NCBI GenBank assembly: GCA_022605425.2 | Contig: JAKIMF020000004.1 | Span: 1,302,001 to 1,366,000, forward strand | DNA from: Hamiltosporidium tvaerminnensis FI-OER-3-3 | Lineage: Eukaryota; Fungi; Microsporidia | Length of the DNA: 64,000 nucleotides | Direction: 5' to 3' | Shown here: one piece after another, positions 36,163 to 49,452 of the stretch | Layout of the letters: every line of letters starts with the position of its first letter | Numbering within the stretch: position 1 is the first letter of the stretch | Made by a program: the position numbers and the translations under genes | Notes under the pieces: model-generated | What the model was told of the DNA's origin: nothing | The model's database searches: none | What the model saw: the letters and a program-made list of their open reading frames with translations, nothing else

Positions 36163-37444
36163 TTAAACATCTAAGGCCAGGATGTAAAGAACATCTATAC
36201 CTTTACGAAGATAAATTTGAAGAGATTTACATAGGGTTAAGTATCGAAGCAACATATACTTTTGCAACTCTTAGATTGTTTGGAATAAAGTAAAGAAATA
36301 TCGACTAGATGAGCAGCATTCCTAAGGGTGGAGAATACTACCAAAACCACCCTGCAATAATAAAAGGCATTCTAAAAGTAAAATATAGGTTGGAAGAGGA
36401 AGTCACAAAGAAGAAATTGAAACATAATAAACTAGATAATCTATATAACACGATTGAAGACCAAAAACTAAATTCAAAGTTATTAGACTAAAAATAACGA
36501 GTTGGTGAGTTTACTTGCCTCCTCGAGATGATTAAATAAAGGTAATGTAAGACTACGTGAGAAGTGGTGTTCTGCTAAATCCAGGATAAACATGTATTCT
36601 AGAGTGCAAAATATGTGTGTCAACAATGCAACTATTTTAGGAAAACAGCAGACCACTTAGCAACAAGATGTAAAAAAATGCAGAGTAATGTTTATACTAG
36701 GCGATATAATGAAGTGGTTGTATGTATACACTTACTCCTTCTAAATAGATATCGTTTTAAGTCATTAATTCAAGAAATTCTTAATAACGAGAGGCAGAGA
36801 TAAGAGTGGATATCTGAATAAAAACTGATATCAAATTCGGATAATAAGATATATATTTATTTGGAACAAGAGGAAGAATATGGTAACACTCTGCGAAGTA
36901 GGAATCATATATCAAGACTCTCTTCAAATAGTGAAAATGAGAAGCTTAGGGATTACGACTTATTAGAAAATGAGTTATGTCTTATATATCAGTGTAGTGT
37001 TGACCCGTGACGGTATTGGGATAAATTACCACAAGTTACACCTAAAAAACTGTAAATACTCATGAATGTAGAAGCATATATACAATCCATAGTACTAAAG
37101 AAGACAGTCGAAATATTTTCATTTAATCAACAAACTGGACTTGAGACAAGACCAAAATCCGCAGAGAGCTGCAAAAAGCGTACTTGTCTGTTATTTTAGG
37201 TGCCGAGATACATAAACACCCAAAACCCACGTTTGAGGCAAGTAAACAACGAGGAAGCTGATGGTAACACACAAAATAAGAAAAATGTTAAACCATATAT
37301 TTTGGATTGTGTAACCACAGTGAAGGAACTGACAATGAATATAAACGAAAAGTCGGATTTAGAAATAAAGAAGTGATTAAAATGGTGGACGAAATTATTT
37401 AAAACAGAAAAAATTTCTTGACCCAGTGTTTAATTAAATAAAAA
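36163..37444 (+). mobile_element. Decayed 3' half of the R4-like retrotransposon (second subfamily)
   Basis: HLRPGCKE.LYL, CQQC..TADHLATRC, RRYNEV and EAYIQSIVLKKTVE; ends TTGACCCAGTGTTTAATTAAATAAAAA. Confidence 0.85.
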
Positions 37445-37519
37445 GTATATTAACAAAAAAAAATATTTGCTTTTTAATAGAACTATATAAAATTGATGCT
37501 AAGCTTTATTTCAGTATTA

Positions 37520-39886
37520 TTAGTCACGAGTTGAAATACTAATACCTTTTTCTTTAAAATAATTTAGTTTTTCCTTGATAACGAAACTATTATTGACATT
37601 GAAAGAAACAACGGATTGGTTTACAAATGCAATTGTAATAGGTGAAGTAAAATCTTCTATTTGAATTTTGTTAAAGGCTATAGTTATACCAAGCTTTATA
37701 TCTTTCAATAAATACAAAAATTTAATTATATTTTTGTTTAACTCGACAACTGTAAACCAAAATTTTTCTATTTTGTTATTTTTGATACAAATAATAAGTT
37801 TATCAAAATCTATGTCCATTGTTTTTCTATAAATATTAATTTGAATATCAGTTAAATTGGTCAATTTTAAAATTACTTCTAAATCTTCTGCAGAAAAATC
37901 CACAATTTCTATAATCAACACACGTAATTTTTTCAAATCAAAGATTTTAGATAAACTAAACAATATGGGAAATTCGCCTATAATACTTTTACACGTTGTA
38001 ACTTTTAAATAATCTAAAGCAGAGACGATCAGTATAAATTTATTGTTTGCTTTTTTAGATACGAACTGATATATTTTTTTTCTTAAATATGTATCAATAT
38101 ATTGTATATAAACTTTTAAAAATGAAAGATTTTTAAACATTGATAAGAATCTTAGAAAATCAATATTAAAAATAAAATCCGATTTTTTTATCGTCAAACC
38201 TTGAAGAACATAATTATATATTTTATATTTTGAAAAGACTTCAGAAGATATTTGAACATTCCTCAATTTTAATGACATTATCTTTTTGGATTGTAAAACA
38301 AACCGAATAACTTTTTTAGTAAATAAAATATTTTCAAAAAATATAGCTTCTAAAGCGGGTAAATCAGCCAAATATTCTATCAATTTAGAATGGATTTTAA
38401 GTTGTAAATTATTTTGCTTTGTACAAATCCAAATATCCTTTACGTTTGAAGCTTTATAATATATAAATTTACATCCATTAAGAGATTTATTTTTTTCCAA
38501 ACAAATCATAATTCTTCTAAAAAAAATTAATGAAGTTTTATAACAAGAATCACAATTTCTCAATGTTACGTTATATTTTCCAACAATGAAACTGAAATTT
38601 TCTGGTGTATCCGCAAAGAAATCATTTTGATTACAATTCATTACAAAATTTTTGCATTTGTACTTTATAAAAATATTTGGATTATTTGAGGCGAATCTAT
38701 GGAGTTCAAGTATAATATCATAGTGCGCTTCATCACTTACAATTGCCAATTTTTTTATGCTTTTACAATGTGTTAGAATCAAATCAATCTCTTTTGAATT
38801 TAGGTTGCTTATTATTGTTATACATTCTGAAATATTAAAATATCCGTAATTCATAAATAGCTTTAAAATAATTTTTTCATCGAATCTGTCTACCAAGGTA
38901 AGATTTTTTAGTTTTTCAAGCTTAAGTTGCCATAATAAATTTAATATATTTATGCTTAGTTTGTTATAAAAGAGATTGAAGTGTAAAGAATCTATTTTAC
39001 AGGTTTGAATGAAGAAGCAAACGCAATCTATAGACCCTGCTAATTTTAAAATTTTTTCAAGCCACATAACTGTATCGTTTGAAACAATAAAAAAATTTTG
39101 TTTACAAAGCTTTTCTTTCCTATAGTTATAGACTGAATAGGATAAAATAATTTTTTGGACTTGCATTGATTCATTGCTTTTACATAATAAGAACACATGA
39201 TTTGGGTTGTTCTCCAACAGTAATAACTTACTAAAAATACCAAATAAATATTCTGAAATTGAATCAGACAATTTAAAGTCAAATTCTTTAAAATTTAAAA
39301 ATAATTTCAAACATTTAAAATTAAAAGTATCTTTCATGAAGCTATTAATTAACACATATGTTAAAAATAAATTGTTATTTTTTGTTCTTTTAAGACCCAA
39401 AATTTCTAGTACTCTTAATATATTTATAAACTCACGTAAATATATAGTTGTAACACATATATCGCTTATAGTAATATATCTGGCAAATCTTTGTAGAAAT
39501 ATAACTGATACTTGACCCAAAAAAAATTTATGAGCTAAACTGTTCTCTTGATCATCTCCGATATAAGCAAAGTCTAGTATAATATTTCTAGATTCAGATA
39601 TTTCTAATTTTTTCGGTACAAAATATTTCAATTCTCCACTTCTTAAACAACATTTCAAATATCCATTTTCTAAAAGATATACTGATGAAAACATTTTTAG
39701 TAAATTGCAATTTTCTAATTTAAATTCATACCAGGAATTTTCATTGGTTTCATTATATTTAATATCATTATTGTATGTTTCAATCGAATATAAGACTACT
39801 TTTTTACAGAGTATAGATGATAGCAAAGATTTGTTTAAAATTAATATAATATAGATCAAAAATATATTTCTATAAATGATTTTCAT
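37520..39886 (-). CDS. Signal-peptide-bearing LRR-like protein of an expanded lineage-specific family
   Basis: 788-aa ORF with a hydrophobic N-terminus and LxxLxxLxL-like repeats (LEKLKNLTL, FKNLSFLKV, LKKLRVLII, LTNLTDIQI). The start context is CCCTTTATTAAATG. Confidence 0.75.
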   Translation of the reverse strand: MKIIYRNIFLIYIILILNKSLLSSILCKKVVLYSIETYNNDIKYNETNENSWYEFKLENCNLLKMFSSVYLLENGYLKCCLRSGELKYFVPKKLEISESRNIILDFAYIGDDQENSLAHKFFLGQVSVIFLQRFARYITISDICVTTIYLREFINILRVLEILGLKRTKNNNLFLTYVLINSFMKDTFNFKCLKLFLNFKEFDFKLSDSISEYLFGIFSKLLLLENNPNHVFLLCKSNESMQVQKIILSYSVYNYRKEKLCKQNFFIVSNDTVMWLEKILKLAGSIDCVCFFIQTCKIDSLHFNLFYNKLSINILNLLWQLKLEKLKNLTLVDRFDEKIILKLFMNYGYFNISECITIISNLNSKEIDLILTHCKSIKKLAIVSDEAHYDIILELHRFASNNPNIFIKYKCKNFVMNCNQNDFFADTPENFSFIVGKYNVTLRNCDSCYKTSLIFFRRIMICLEKNKSLNGCKFIYYKASNVKDIWICTKQNNLQLKIHSKLIEYLADLPALEAIFFENILFTKKVIRFVLQSKKIMSLKLRNVQISSEVFSKYKIYNYVLQGLTIKKSDFIFNIDFLRFLSMFKNLSFLKVYIQYIDTYLRKKIYQFVSKKANNKFILIVSALDYLKVTTCKSIIGEFPILFSLSKIFDLKKLRVLIIEIVDFSAEDLEVILKLTNLTDIQINIYRKTMDIDFDKLIICIKNNKIEKFWFTVVELNKNIIKFLYLLKDIKLGITIAFNKIQIEDFTSPITIAFVNQSVVSFNVNNSFVIKEKLNYFKEKGISISTRD

Positions 39887-41389
39887 TTAATAAAGGGCAA
39901 AATTTTTTTTAATATAAATCAGTTATATTTTAATTAAAAAAATTGATAACCAAAAAAGTAGATAAACCCGAAATAAAGTCAGAAAAATATTTTTAAATGG
40001 TAATATTGTTGTATTTACAACACAATAATAGTCAAAAAAAAATTTATCCGTAGGATTGAAACGTATTGTCTTTACCACCGAGAAACAATCAATTAAAAAT
40101 ACTACTTACCTACTTGCCTATTCTAGTTCTTTCCTATCTGTCGGTCTTGAGGATGAGCAGATGAAGGCCCAAAATATCCTGTAACCGATCAATGCCTTAG
40201 AAGTTGCGCGTGAATTACTCTTTCAAAAAATTCCGTTTAAAATTCCTACCATTGCTAACTTCATAACTTCCTCTATTTTCTCCACCAAACCCATTAATTT
40301 AAGTTACATAAGTAATATGCAGATTTATATGCTAGGTAATTGATTTTTAATACTGTTTTTTTTTTTTTTTCTGTTAATATTTTATGATTCAAAATTATCG
40401 GAGATTGGTCCATAAGCCCAGCGTATTTTATATCTCACTAAATCACAAACATTGGTTTTAACTCCGAATGCACACACTTATTACCGAGCAGATATTTTTT
40501 GATGCTTTTCCTTTCTCTTTCTTTAAAAATATTTACTATATTTGATTTTAATAATAAAATTTTAACTATAATATTTATATAAGATATCTTCCTTCTAGAT
40601 TTTGACTTATTTAGCTATAAATTTCTTAATGTATGTATTTTAAAACTGGATAGTATTTCAGTTACAAACTGGGCTTTAAAAAAATCCATAACCAACTTTG
40701 AAGCTATTGGTCGCACATACATCAAAACTTACTTTTGAATTCAATCATAAATTATAATACAGACCTACGTAAGAAGGATGTTAAAAAAATAAGTTTTTAT
40801 AAATGTTCGAAATACTCTGAAGCCATTTTATAGAATTACGAATTCACATAAAAATCTTATATTTTCAATATCAGGCGCAAATAATAAGAAATATAAATAA
40901 CTAAAAGCAAAAGACTTAGAATTATATTGTCTGATAAGATATAGAAATCAAAAATTGCTTTTAAAAAGCAATGAAGAACAAGGTAGTGATATAATCTCGA
41001 AAAAAATGAGAATCTGCCATCAATAAATATAATATTAGAAACAAACGAACTTAGTATCGTAAAAAGTTAATATTACGGGGATTTATAATCATGTGTACAT
41101 TTTTCTTTTTTTATCTTATTATTTTAAACTATTAAAATATCTGAGAAAAAAGGGAAAATTTCAATTTAGAGAATTTTTATCAAATATAAATGTAAGATAA
41201 TTCCATATTTTTTTTCGTAATTATCAAAAAAACAAAAGAATTTGAAAATAAATCAACGATACATCCTTACTGAATTTACACAATAAAAAGAATAACGAAA
41301 ATAATTTTTAATTAAAACTATTTAAAAAAAATATTCTAGATTAAATATTTGAAAATTTAAATATTTTTTTTTTCCAAATTACAATTATA

Positions 41390-43612
41390 ATGGTATGTTT
41401 CTCTTTCATGATGATTATATTGTTTACAAATTCTTTGTTTACTCTTATAATTTATTATAGGAACGATGTTTCGGATTTTACTTGTGGAGATAAAAATGAA
41501 AATATGATGGTCTGTTCAAATAGTAAACGATTAAAGTTAGAATCAGTCGTCAATGAAAATTTGTTTCTAAATAAAAAGTTTTTAATGGATATAAAAGAGT
41601 TCAAAGTAAATTTTGTAAGTAACAAAAACTATTTGAAACAAGAGTATAATGAAGATTTTGTATTTTTAGATAATGTAAATGAGAAAACTTTAAATATATT
41701 TTATAGATTTATAAGGAATCCATATATTCCAATTGAAATATTACTTCCAAATGAATTCATAGCAATTATTCGAATTTTAGAGATTTTCGATTTTTTGATC
41801 GATATTAGATTTAAAAATTTGATACGTTCAATATTATATTCATCTTTTATTTGCTCAGATGTATTCATAAAATACATTCTGTATGATTTTACAAGATCTT
41901 TTAGTGGAGGAATAAGTTCTAAGACTCTAAGAGAATTATTTTTAGCAGATTTTTTTATTCTTTCATTTACGGATGCAAAGTATTTCAATAAATTTATTAA
42001 GATAGAAAAAACCCAGTATATAGATATCAAAAATAATGATACATCGAACAATGTTGAATATTTAGAATTCGTTATAATAACACTTTTTAATTGTAAATTT
42101 TACACTAAAATAGACAAGGAACGAATGTTTTGTGAACAATTGAAAGTAATTTTTCATATTTGTAAAATCCAAAAGGTAAAAATTATGAATGCAAATGATT
42201 TTGCAAAATATACTAAAAATATACTTGAAATAACATCCAAGTCTCTCATAGAAATAGAACTACAGTTTTCGGTCATAAACCAGGAATTTATAGATTTTTT
42301 AAGCAACTCAAATCAATTTATCGCACTCAAAAAAATTGAATTTATTAGTCCTAAAAATTCTTTTATTAACCTCGCAATTTCAAATTTATGTAAGAATGTA
42401 GATACACTTTATATCAATAATATAGATATTGAACTAAAATTTAACAATCAAAATGAATACAATTATTTAGTTGAACCCTTATACATAAACTTTGAATCAA
42501 ATGCATCAATATGTGATTAGTTTATAAAAAATCCCGATTTTAGATTTACAACTGAAAAAGACATCGAAAAATATACTTATAATTTCGAAACGTTGAATTT
42601 TTCTCATCAATTTTAATAATTTCCAAAGAAAAATATTTTCATGAAATTTTAAATTATTTATTAGAAAATCTAAACGAAAAATGTACTTATCATTTATTCT
42701 ATTATAAAGTTTTTTCTTTGGATTGTATTTGTAAACCAATTTATCAAGACTCTTTCATTTTAAGTATAATTATTCAAGAATCTAAAATCTGTCACAATCA
42801 AATAAATATTTTTTTGAAAAATAAATTTTTGAAATATTTCAAGCTTGTAAAATGTGAAATAATTTACGATGAAGACGATTCAAATACTTTTGAAGAATTC
42901 AAAATAGAAACTGCAATTTTAATAAGTAACCGAGTAAATAATTTATTTATGTACGCTAAATTCATAAATTCGTTTCGAGATTGTGTTGTTCTAAATTTGA
43001 TTATAAGATTAACAAATATAAACATTCCTTCAAGTACTGATTTTGATTTTGAAATATTAAATATTTTAAATTATGTTAAAAATGATTTAAAAAATGATCG
43101 TTATTTTATTCATATTACTAGGAAAGATTTTTTCATTTGGAGTATAATTTAAAATTTTCTATTCATATTTTATCAAATATATTTTCTGAAAATGTAAATT
43201 TAAAAATAAATAGTTTAAAAATTTTCCTTTTCGAAATGAAAAAGAACGGAAAACTTGCGCTAGAAAATTTTAAAAATTTGAAAAAATTATATTTATGTGT
43301 AAAAAAACAAAAAATATTGTTTTCATCTTTATTCACAAATGATTGGAACATAAATATTAAAAACATTACACTAGAAAGATTTAATATAGAATCTGAAGAT
43401 GTTATGAGATTAAGTGACTTTAAACATTTAATTGAATTATCCTTTAAATGTTGTAAGTTTTCTAAAAATGTTTCAAATTAGTTTTTAAAAAATTCTTTTA
43501 GTAATTTGGAAAGTATCATTTTAGTTGAAATGTAAGATCACGAAAATAAAATGTTAAGAGAATATCTCGCAGAAGAATTTATGAATATTTTTGATTTTAA
43601 CTTGTCTTTATA
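41390..43612 (+). pseudogene. Disrupted paralogue of the LRR-like family
   Basis: Consecutive fragments at 41390-42520, 42718-43152 and 43137-43481. FIAIIRILEIF..ILYSSF resembles FINILRVLEIL..VLINSF of 37520-39886, and FKNLKKLYL / FKHLIELSF are LRR-like units. The 3' end is approximate. Confidence 0.65.
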
Positions 43613-44249
43613 AGTAAACTTTTGAATTCTTATATATTTTTCAAATAAATTATTGGTTTTTAATGGTAAATATGCTTTACAAATAGTTTATAATTACTTT
43701 CATATGTAACTTATTTTAATCTTAATATTAAAGAAACTTAAATAGTAATTTCTCATTTATATAAAGCAAGTAGAAAATTACTTTTAAATATGTATATTCA
43801 AACTATTGCATATAAACTAAAAAAACATTAAATTAAAAAAAATATTGAACTTTAGGTAATTCTTTAGCTTAAAAATATTTTTTACAAAATTTAAATGGTT
43901 TTTAATTTAATTAATATGAAAAGATATATTAAAAATATAATTTTTTTGAAACAAAAATATATTATATGAAAACAATATAATAAAATACACGTTCTGATAA
44001 AGCTTTTCTATAAATATCCGAATAAATTTTCAGATGATACTCTGTAATTGAATATTTTAATGAAAATATTCCAATAGATTAATTTGGTATTTAGATTTCT
44101 AAATAAAACTTATATTATACTTATAAATACTTTATTTCTCATTGGTAGAAAAATACTAAAAGATCAAACATCATATCTTGATAAATTCTGAAACACTCTT
44201 TATAAGATGTTTTAAAAATATATATTTAAGATATTTTATTTTAATCATT

Positions 44250-44588
44250 ATGTCAAATTTAGAATTACTTATTGATTCATGGAATATAAAAATATCAAAA
44301 CATATAGAAAAAATGTCAGAATTTGAAAATTTTAAGAAAAATGTATTCATTAAAAATAATTCATTTAAACAAAATAGAATTATAAGGTATTATGATAAGA
44401 AACAGAATGATAATATCTGTGATCTGGATATCAAATTTTTTACTTTTATATTTTTTATTTTATTTATATTTCTTTGTATTAAAATTTGGAAAGTATACGA
44501 TGCTTTAAAAGAGAAGGCAACCATTTTTAATGAAACCAATTTATTTTCTTTTGGGTTTTTAAATCAACTTCTGCTTAAAAACCTTTAA
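44250..44588 (+). CDS. Small hypothetical membrane protein
   Basis: The ATG at 44250 lies within ORF 44178-44588. There is one TM segment, FFTFIFFILFIFLCI. Confidence 0.45.
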   Translation: MSNLELLIDSWNIKISKHIEKMSEFENFKKNVFIKNNSFKQNRIIRYYDKKQNDNICDLDIKFFTFIFFILFIFLCIKIWKVYDALKEKATIFNETNLFSFGFLNQLLLKNL

Positions 44589-45354
44589 AAAACACATTTA
44601 CTTTTTATAGAAATGAGATATTCCTGTATTTTAAAAAAATCATTAAAATATTATTTTTCAAAGCTTTTTTCTTAAATATCTTTATGTTATAAAAATAATT
44701 CTTTATTTTGTAATTTGAAATCAATCACATATACTTTCGTTTCTATAATAATTATACTCGTATTCACAAAGCATTTATTCCTAGATAGTATACTTTTTTA
44801 ATCATAAAAAATCTGGTATTATTTTTTATAATTTGTCATCTTTAATTTGAATGGTACATTTTTTCAAAAATAAGATTGTTTGCCAGTTAATCTAGGTTGG
44901 TATCTTTTAAATTCAAAAAAGTAATTTTTATATTTAATTTGTATAGTATATCTTGAAACATAAGATTGTTTGTCAATTTATAGGTTAATAATTTTGGTAC
45001 TCAAAATTGCATCTATCATCTTTAATTTGATATATCTTGAAACATAAGATTGTTTGTCTGTTTATAAAAGTTCATATTAACGATAGAAAAAATTGTTTAT
45101 TATTGCATTTTGACTGAAAGAGATAACATTTTAGATTTCGATCTTCCATTCTAATTATAATAACCTTTTAATAAAATCACTCAAAACAACTACTAATTAT
45201 TTATTTTAGGCTTTTATTTTTTTAAAATTGATTCTTCTAGCTAAATATTGTCTTTTCCTTTCAAATACATTAAATTTACAGTTAAATATATTCTGATGGA
45301 TGATTGAAAGTTTCTCTTTGATTTTAAAATATAATAGAAAAAAATTAAAATGAA

Positions 45355-46078
45355 TTTTTATTTAAAATATCACTACTTTTTTAAAGAGTGGCAAGTATTA
45401 TATTTGTTTTCGTGACATTTACGCAATTCTAGGTTTAACATAAATAACTGCTCTATTGACGCTCCATCAGTACCCTTTGCGATACATATGTCCCAAAGCA
45501 TTTCATCTACCAGGTGTGTAGAACTTATTTAATAGGTGATACGTTTACCCGGATTTCGTTAATGTTCGTTGCATGGAGTGTGATCGAAGCCCCCCTGGCT
45601 CCCCAGGACTATGCAGAATTCCCACTTATTCCACACTTTCTAACTCTAATAAAACTCTAGCTAAGATATACTTCAGAGACTTAAATGCGGTCGCACCTAG
45701 ACAGTGTAATGTTATACCAACAGGTATAACCTCATATTTAGTTTTACCGGCTTTAACTGATTTTTATTTTAATATCTCCCGGGCGCTAAGTCTTCCAACC
45801 CGAGTGATCAAGGCTAGGTTTCCATGCTTTTACATGGTAATTACCTACATGTTCAGCTGCGGTCTGCGCTCTGCGCTCTAGTTACATTAAAAATCCAAGT
45901 AAATTTGTAGAGAAAATTTCGCCATTTCGTAGACCTTCTCCTCCTCATACAAACTCCCAAAGAACAACCCAAGATGTATTTAGGTTTTATTCCCATCAAA
46001 AATCCAAACAATAATCTTCACACCAGTTTCACACGCTCATACTCATTGCCAGCAAATGGGTTTTTTTGATATCCACCT
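45355..46078 (-). mobile_element. ~700-nt structured non-coding retroposon, copy D
   Basis: The reverse complement aligns full-length with copies B and C. A low-complexity TSD, AAAAAATTAAAAT (45339-45351 / 46086-46098), is possible. Confidence 0.9.
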
Positions 46079-46311
46079 TTCCATTAAAAAATTAAAATAT
46101 AATTATGTTCCAATAAAAAATTGGCACAGAAAATTACTCGCTAGTTGAATTTAATAATTAGTATTTAATTTAATGGCCGATAAAAATCTAATTAAAGATT
46201 GAGGAGGTAATTACTTTGCAATAGATATATATTTGTTTTTAATTTTAAAAGAAACGCGCTAAGTTTATATAAAATACAATTCAAATAGTGATAAAATATA
46301 AAAAATATAAT

Positions 46312-47334
46312 TTATTCAGTTTGATAAACATCTTTCATCTTTATATATGAAGATCTATAATAAGATTTAGATTTCAAAAGCTGGGGTAAAATACTTTTAT
46401 TTTCTAAAAATAATATTTCATCAATGATATCATAAAAAACATTTATAATATTCAAAATATTTTTAGAATTTCCTATTTTGAACCTGTATTCTGGTAAAAA
46501 ATCTAAAATATTTCTTAAAAGTTTGAATGCATGTGATTTTACTTCAATTAATGTAAGAAAATTATCATTTTTAGTAAAAATGTTTAAATATTCATAAAAT
46601 ATCTCTAGAACGTTCAATTTTAAATGTGTAAAAAGTAATGGATTGTAAAGATGCGGTTCGGCTATCATTATACCGTCGCATTTGGTATATTCTAAACAAT
46701 GTTTTATATCTTTTTTAGTTGACATGTTTCCATTAGCAATGACTGGTATACAGACGGATTCTTTTATCTTTTTAATAATTTCCCAGTTTGCAAGCCCTGT
46801 TTTATCACCTTTTTGTTCCCTAGTACGTCCATGAACAGCTATTAAAGAACATCCGGCCATTTCTAGCATTTTTGCATATTCGATTGTATTTTCTAAAGTT
46901 TCTAAAATACGTATTTTGCAAGAAATCGGTACTTTTAAATTATTTGAAAGTTTATTTACAATCTGATAAATCAGAGACATATTTTCTTGTAAATATGCCC
47001 CATAATACCCTTTCTTGGCTATTGGCTGAGGACACCCCAAGTTTATATCAATCCCGTTGCAATAATTTTGTAATTTTTCTGCCGCTTCTAACATTTTATC
47101 CGGATTATTTCCACATATCTGGATTATTAATGGTTTGTCTTCTTTATTAGTTGAAAACCAATAATTATTCTGTGGATCTGATTTTGATTGTAAAAAAGAT
47201 TCGACATGCACCATTTCGGTATAACAAACATCTGCCCCATACTTTCTTGATAAAATTCTCCATGATAAATCAGAATTACCAACCATTGGTGCCACTATTT
47301 TTATTGGTTTTTGAAGTTTCTGCCAGAAATCCAT
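46312..47334 (-). CDS. DUS1: tRNA-dihydrouridine synthase (Dus1-like)
   Basis: APMV..SDL.WR.L...YGA..CYTEM, DINLGCPQ.IAKKG.YGAYL, SCKIR, HGRTREQKG and ANGN motifs. Confidence 0.92.
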   Translation of the reverse strand: MDFWQKLQKPIKIVAPMVGNSDLSWRILSRKYGADVCYTEMVHVESFLQSKSDPQNNYWFSTNKEDKPLIIQICGNNPDKMLEAAEKLQNYCNGIDINLGCPQPIAKKGYYGAYLQENMSLIYQIVNKLSNNLKVPISCKIRILETLENTIEYAKMLEMAGCSLIAVHGRTREQKGDKTGLANWEIIKKIKESVCIPVIANGNMSTKKDIKHCLEYTKCDGIMIAEPHLYNPLLFTHLKLNVLEIFYEYLNIFTKNDNFLTLIEVKSHAFKLLRNILDFLPEYRFKIGNSKNILNIINVFYDIIDEILFLENKSILPQLLKSKSYYRSSYIKMKDVYQTE

Positions 47335-47795
47335 ATGTGTACGGCTACAACTTTTATTTTATTTTTTTAACAAAAATGTCATATAAATTTTAAAAAGCAC
47401 CGAAAAAATATTTACAAACACATTTTTTTTACAGAAAGCAAAGAAGTTTCAAAATATATTTTTTAAATTCAAAATTAAATTTACTGGTTTCTTTCAAATA
47501 TTTATGTTAAAGTTATAAAAAAAATAACAAATAATTATTTATTTAGTGAAATTAAATCACAAATGAAAAAAATCAAATATCAAAAGCGAGTTTTTTACTA
47601 CATTATTTGAAGGATATTTTACCTTGTAATAAGAAAAGTAGCATATTATTATATTCACATGCAGACAGCGCTTCATTACTTTATTTAGAAATAATTTTAT
47701 ATTTTGTGGAAAAAAAAAGTATAATTATAATTTTCAATTTACAAATAGCTCTTAATTACATTATTTCGATATATAATATAATTGAACAACGAAAC

Positions 47796-48180
47796 TTATT
47801 TAATAAAATTCTGGGTTAACAAATTTCTCTTTTCTAAATAATTATTTACACCATTTCAACCACTTCTATCTCTTCCTCCAACTCCAACTCTTCATTTGTA
47901 TTAGTTGATGGTTCCTTTGCTGTGGTTATACCATCCAAAATAAGGGGTAAAATATTTTTTGTATTTTCCGTTTTAACATCATCTTCCTCGTTGTATACTT
48001 GCTTTAAAGGAAGTATTAGTTGTTTATGCATCTCAGCTCCTAAAATAACACTTAATGATGCTCTCTCCCAGCTCTCCTCGGCATTTGGTCCAGACTCAAG
48101 TCCTCTTCGTCGATCAAAAGAAATTGTTTCGACTGTCTTCTTGAGTACTATGGATTGTATATATGCCTCTAAATTCATGA
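47796..48180 (-). mobile_element. Short 3'-terminal fragment of the R4-like retrotransposon
   Basis: EAYIQSIVLKKTVETISFDRRRGLESG...; ends TTAACCCAGAATTTTATTAAATAA. Confidence 0.9.
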
Positions 48181-49452
48181 AAAGAAAAAAATGTGGATTG
48201 AAAGAAAATAAATTTTAATTTAAGAATTAAAAATTTTAAATTAAATTTATTTAGAAATACTCTGTACAGTAAGTATTGTTTTAAAGGTGATTATAAAAAT
48301 TTTAAAAATTACAATCGTTACCATATACATAATATTCTGATTTTTACGAGTATAAAATATAAAATTATATTAAAGGCATATAGGTTTAACTTAATATATA
48401 TAATTGTTCTAAAAATCTGTATTAACTGCAATATAAATAAATTTTTTGTTATTAACGTTATCATGTTGGTAACAATGTTTTAATGGTAAATCTATTCTAT
48501 AAAACTATATCCATTTGTAATACGAATAAAATATGCGCTATTTGCTTTTCATTGTTTGACCGTGATGTTTGAATATTCAGCATTTCCCTTACAATCTATG
48601 AAGTTTTTATGGTACTAAAAGCGAAAAAAAATCGAAAAACATTTTACGTCTTACGATTTCATACAGATTTTTTTAAAAGAATTAAAATATCAAAGAAATA
48701 ACTTTAAAGTCTATTATTTGCAAATGTATAAGAATTTTTCTACCGTTATACACCAAAACATGTATAATTTCAAAGAAAATATCTTCTTTTGTACTACAAT
48801 TAACTTCATTAAGAATATACCTTGGATTGAATTTTTACAAAATTACTTAACGAATGGCAAAATATTTCTTACTTTGTATTAAATTGGTAGAAAAATTTTA
48901 AATTAAAAAATATATTTCTTACTTTAATTAATCAACTGTCAAATATATCAGAAGGGTTTTAATTTATCAAAAAAGGTATATATATAACAAATTAAATCCA
49001 ATATACTGAGCAATTTAGATAATTCTATATTTAGACGTAGTACTTGGCTATAGAATAAAACCATCGCATTCAATTTAAAAAAATGCAAAAATGAAGATTT
49101 TGACATTAGCGATTTATTAAAATATATTTCTATTTGATTCAGAAGGAATTTTTCGCTGAAAAAATCTATATATTCTCTGGAAGAATTCTGTAAATAAAAT
49201 ATATTGATTTAAAATCTTTATGAAGATTTCTTTTCCTGCTATCAGATTGAACAAAGTTACTTGAATATTTCGAAGTATTTTAAACATAAACAATTCCTGT
49301 TTTTAATATAAATATTTTCTTTCTCTTTATATCATTGTCGAAATACAATATATCATTTCAATTTATCAATATACATTTGTAGATAATTACTGATTTTAAT
49401 CAATCAATAATTTTTAATTACGAGTATATAATAAATCTGAAAAAAATAGGCC

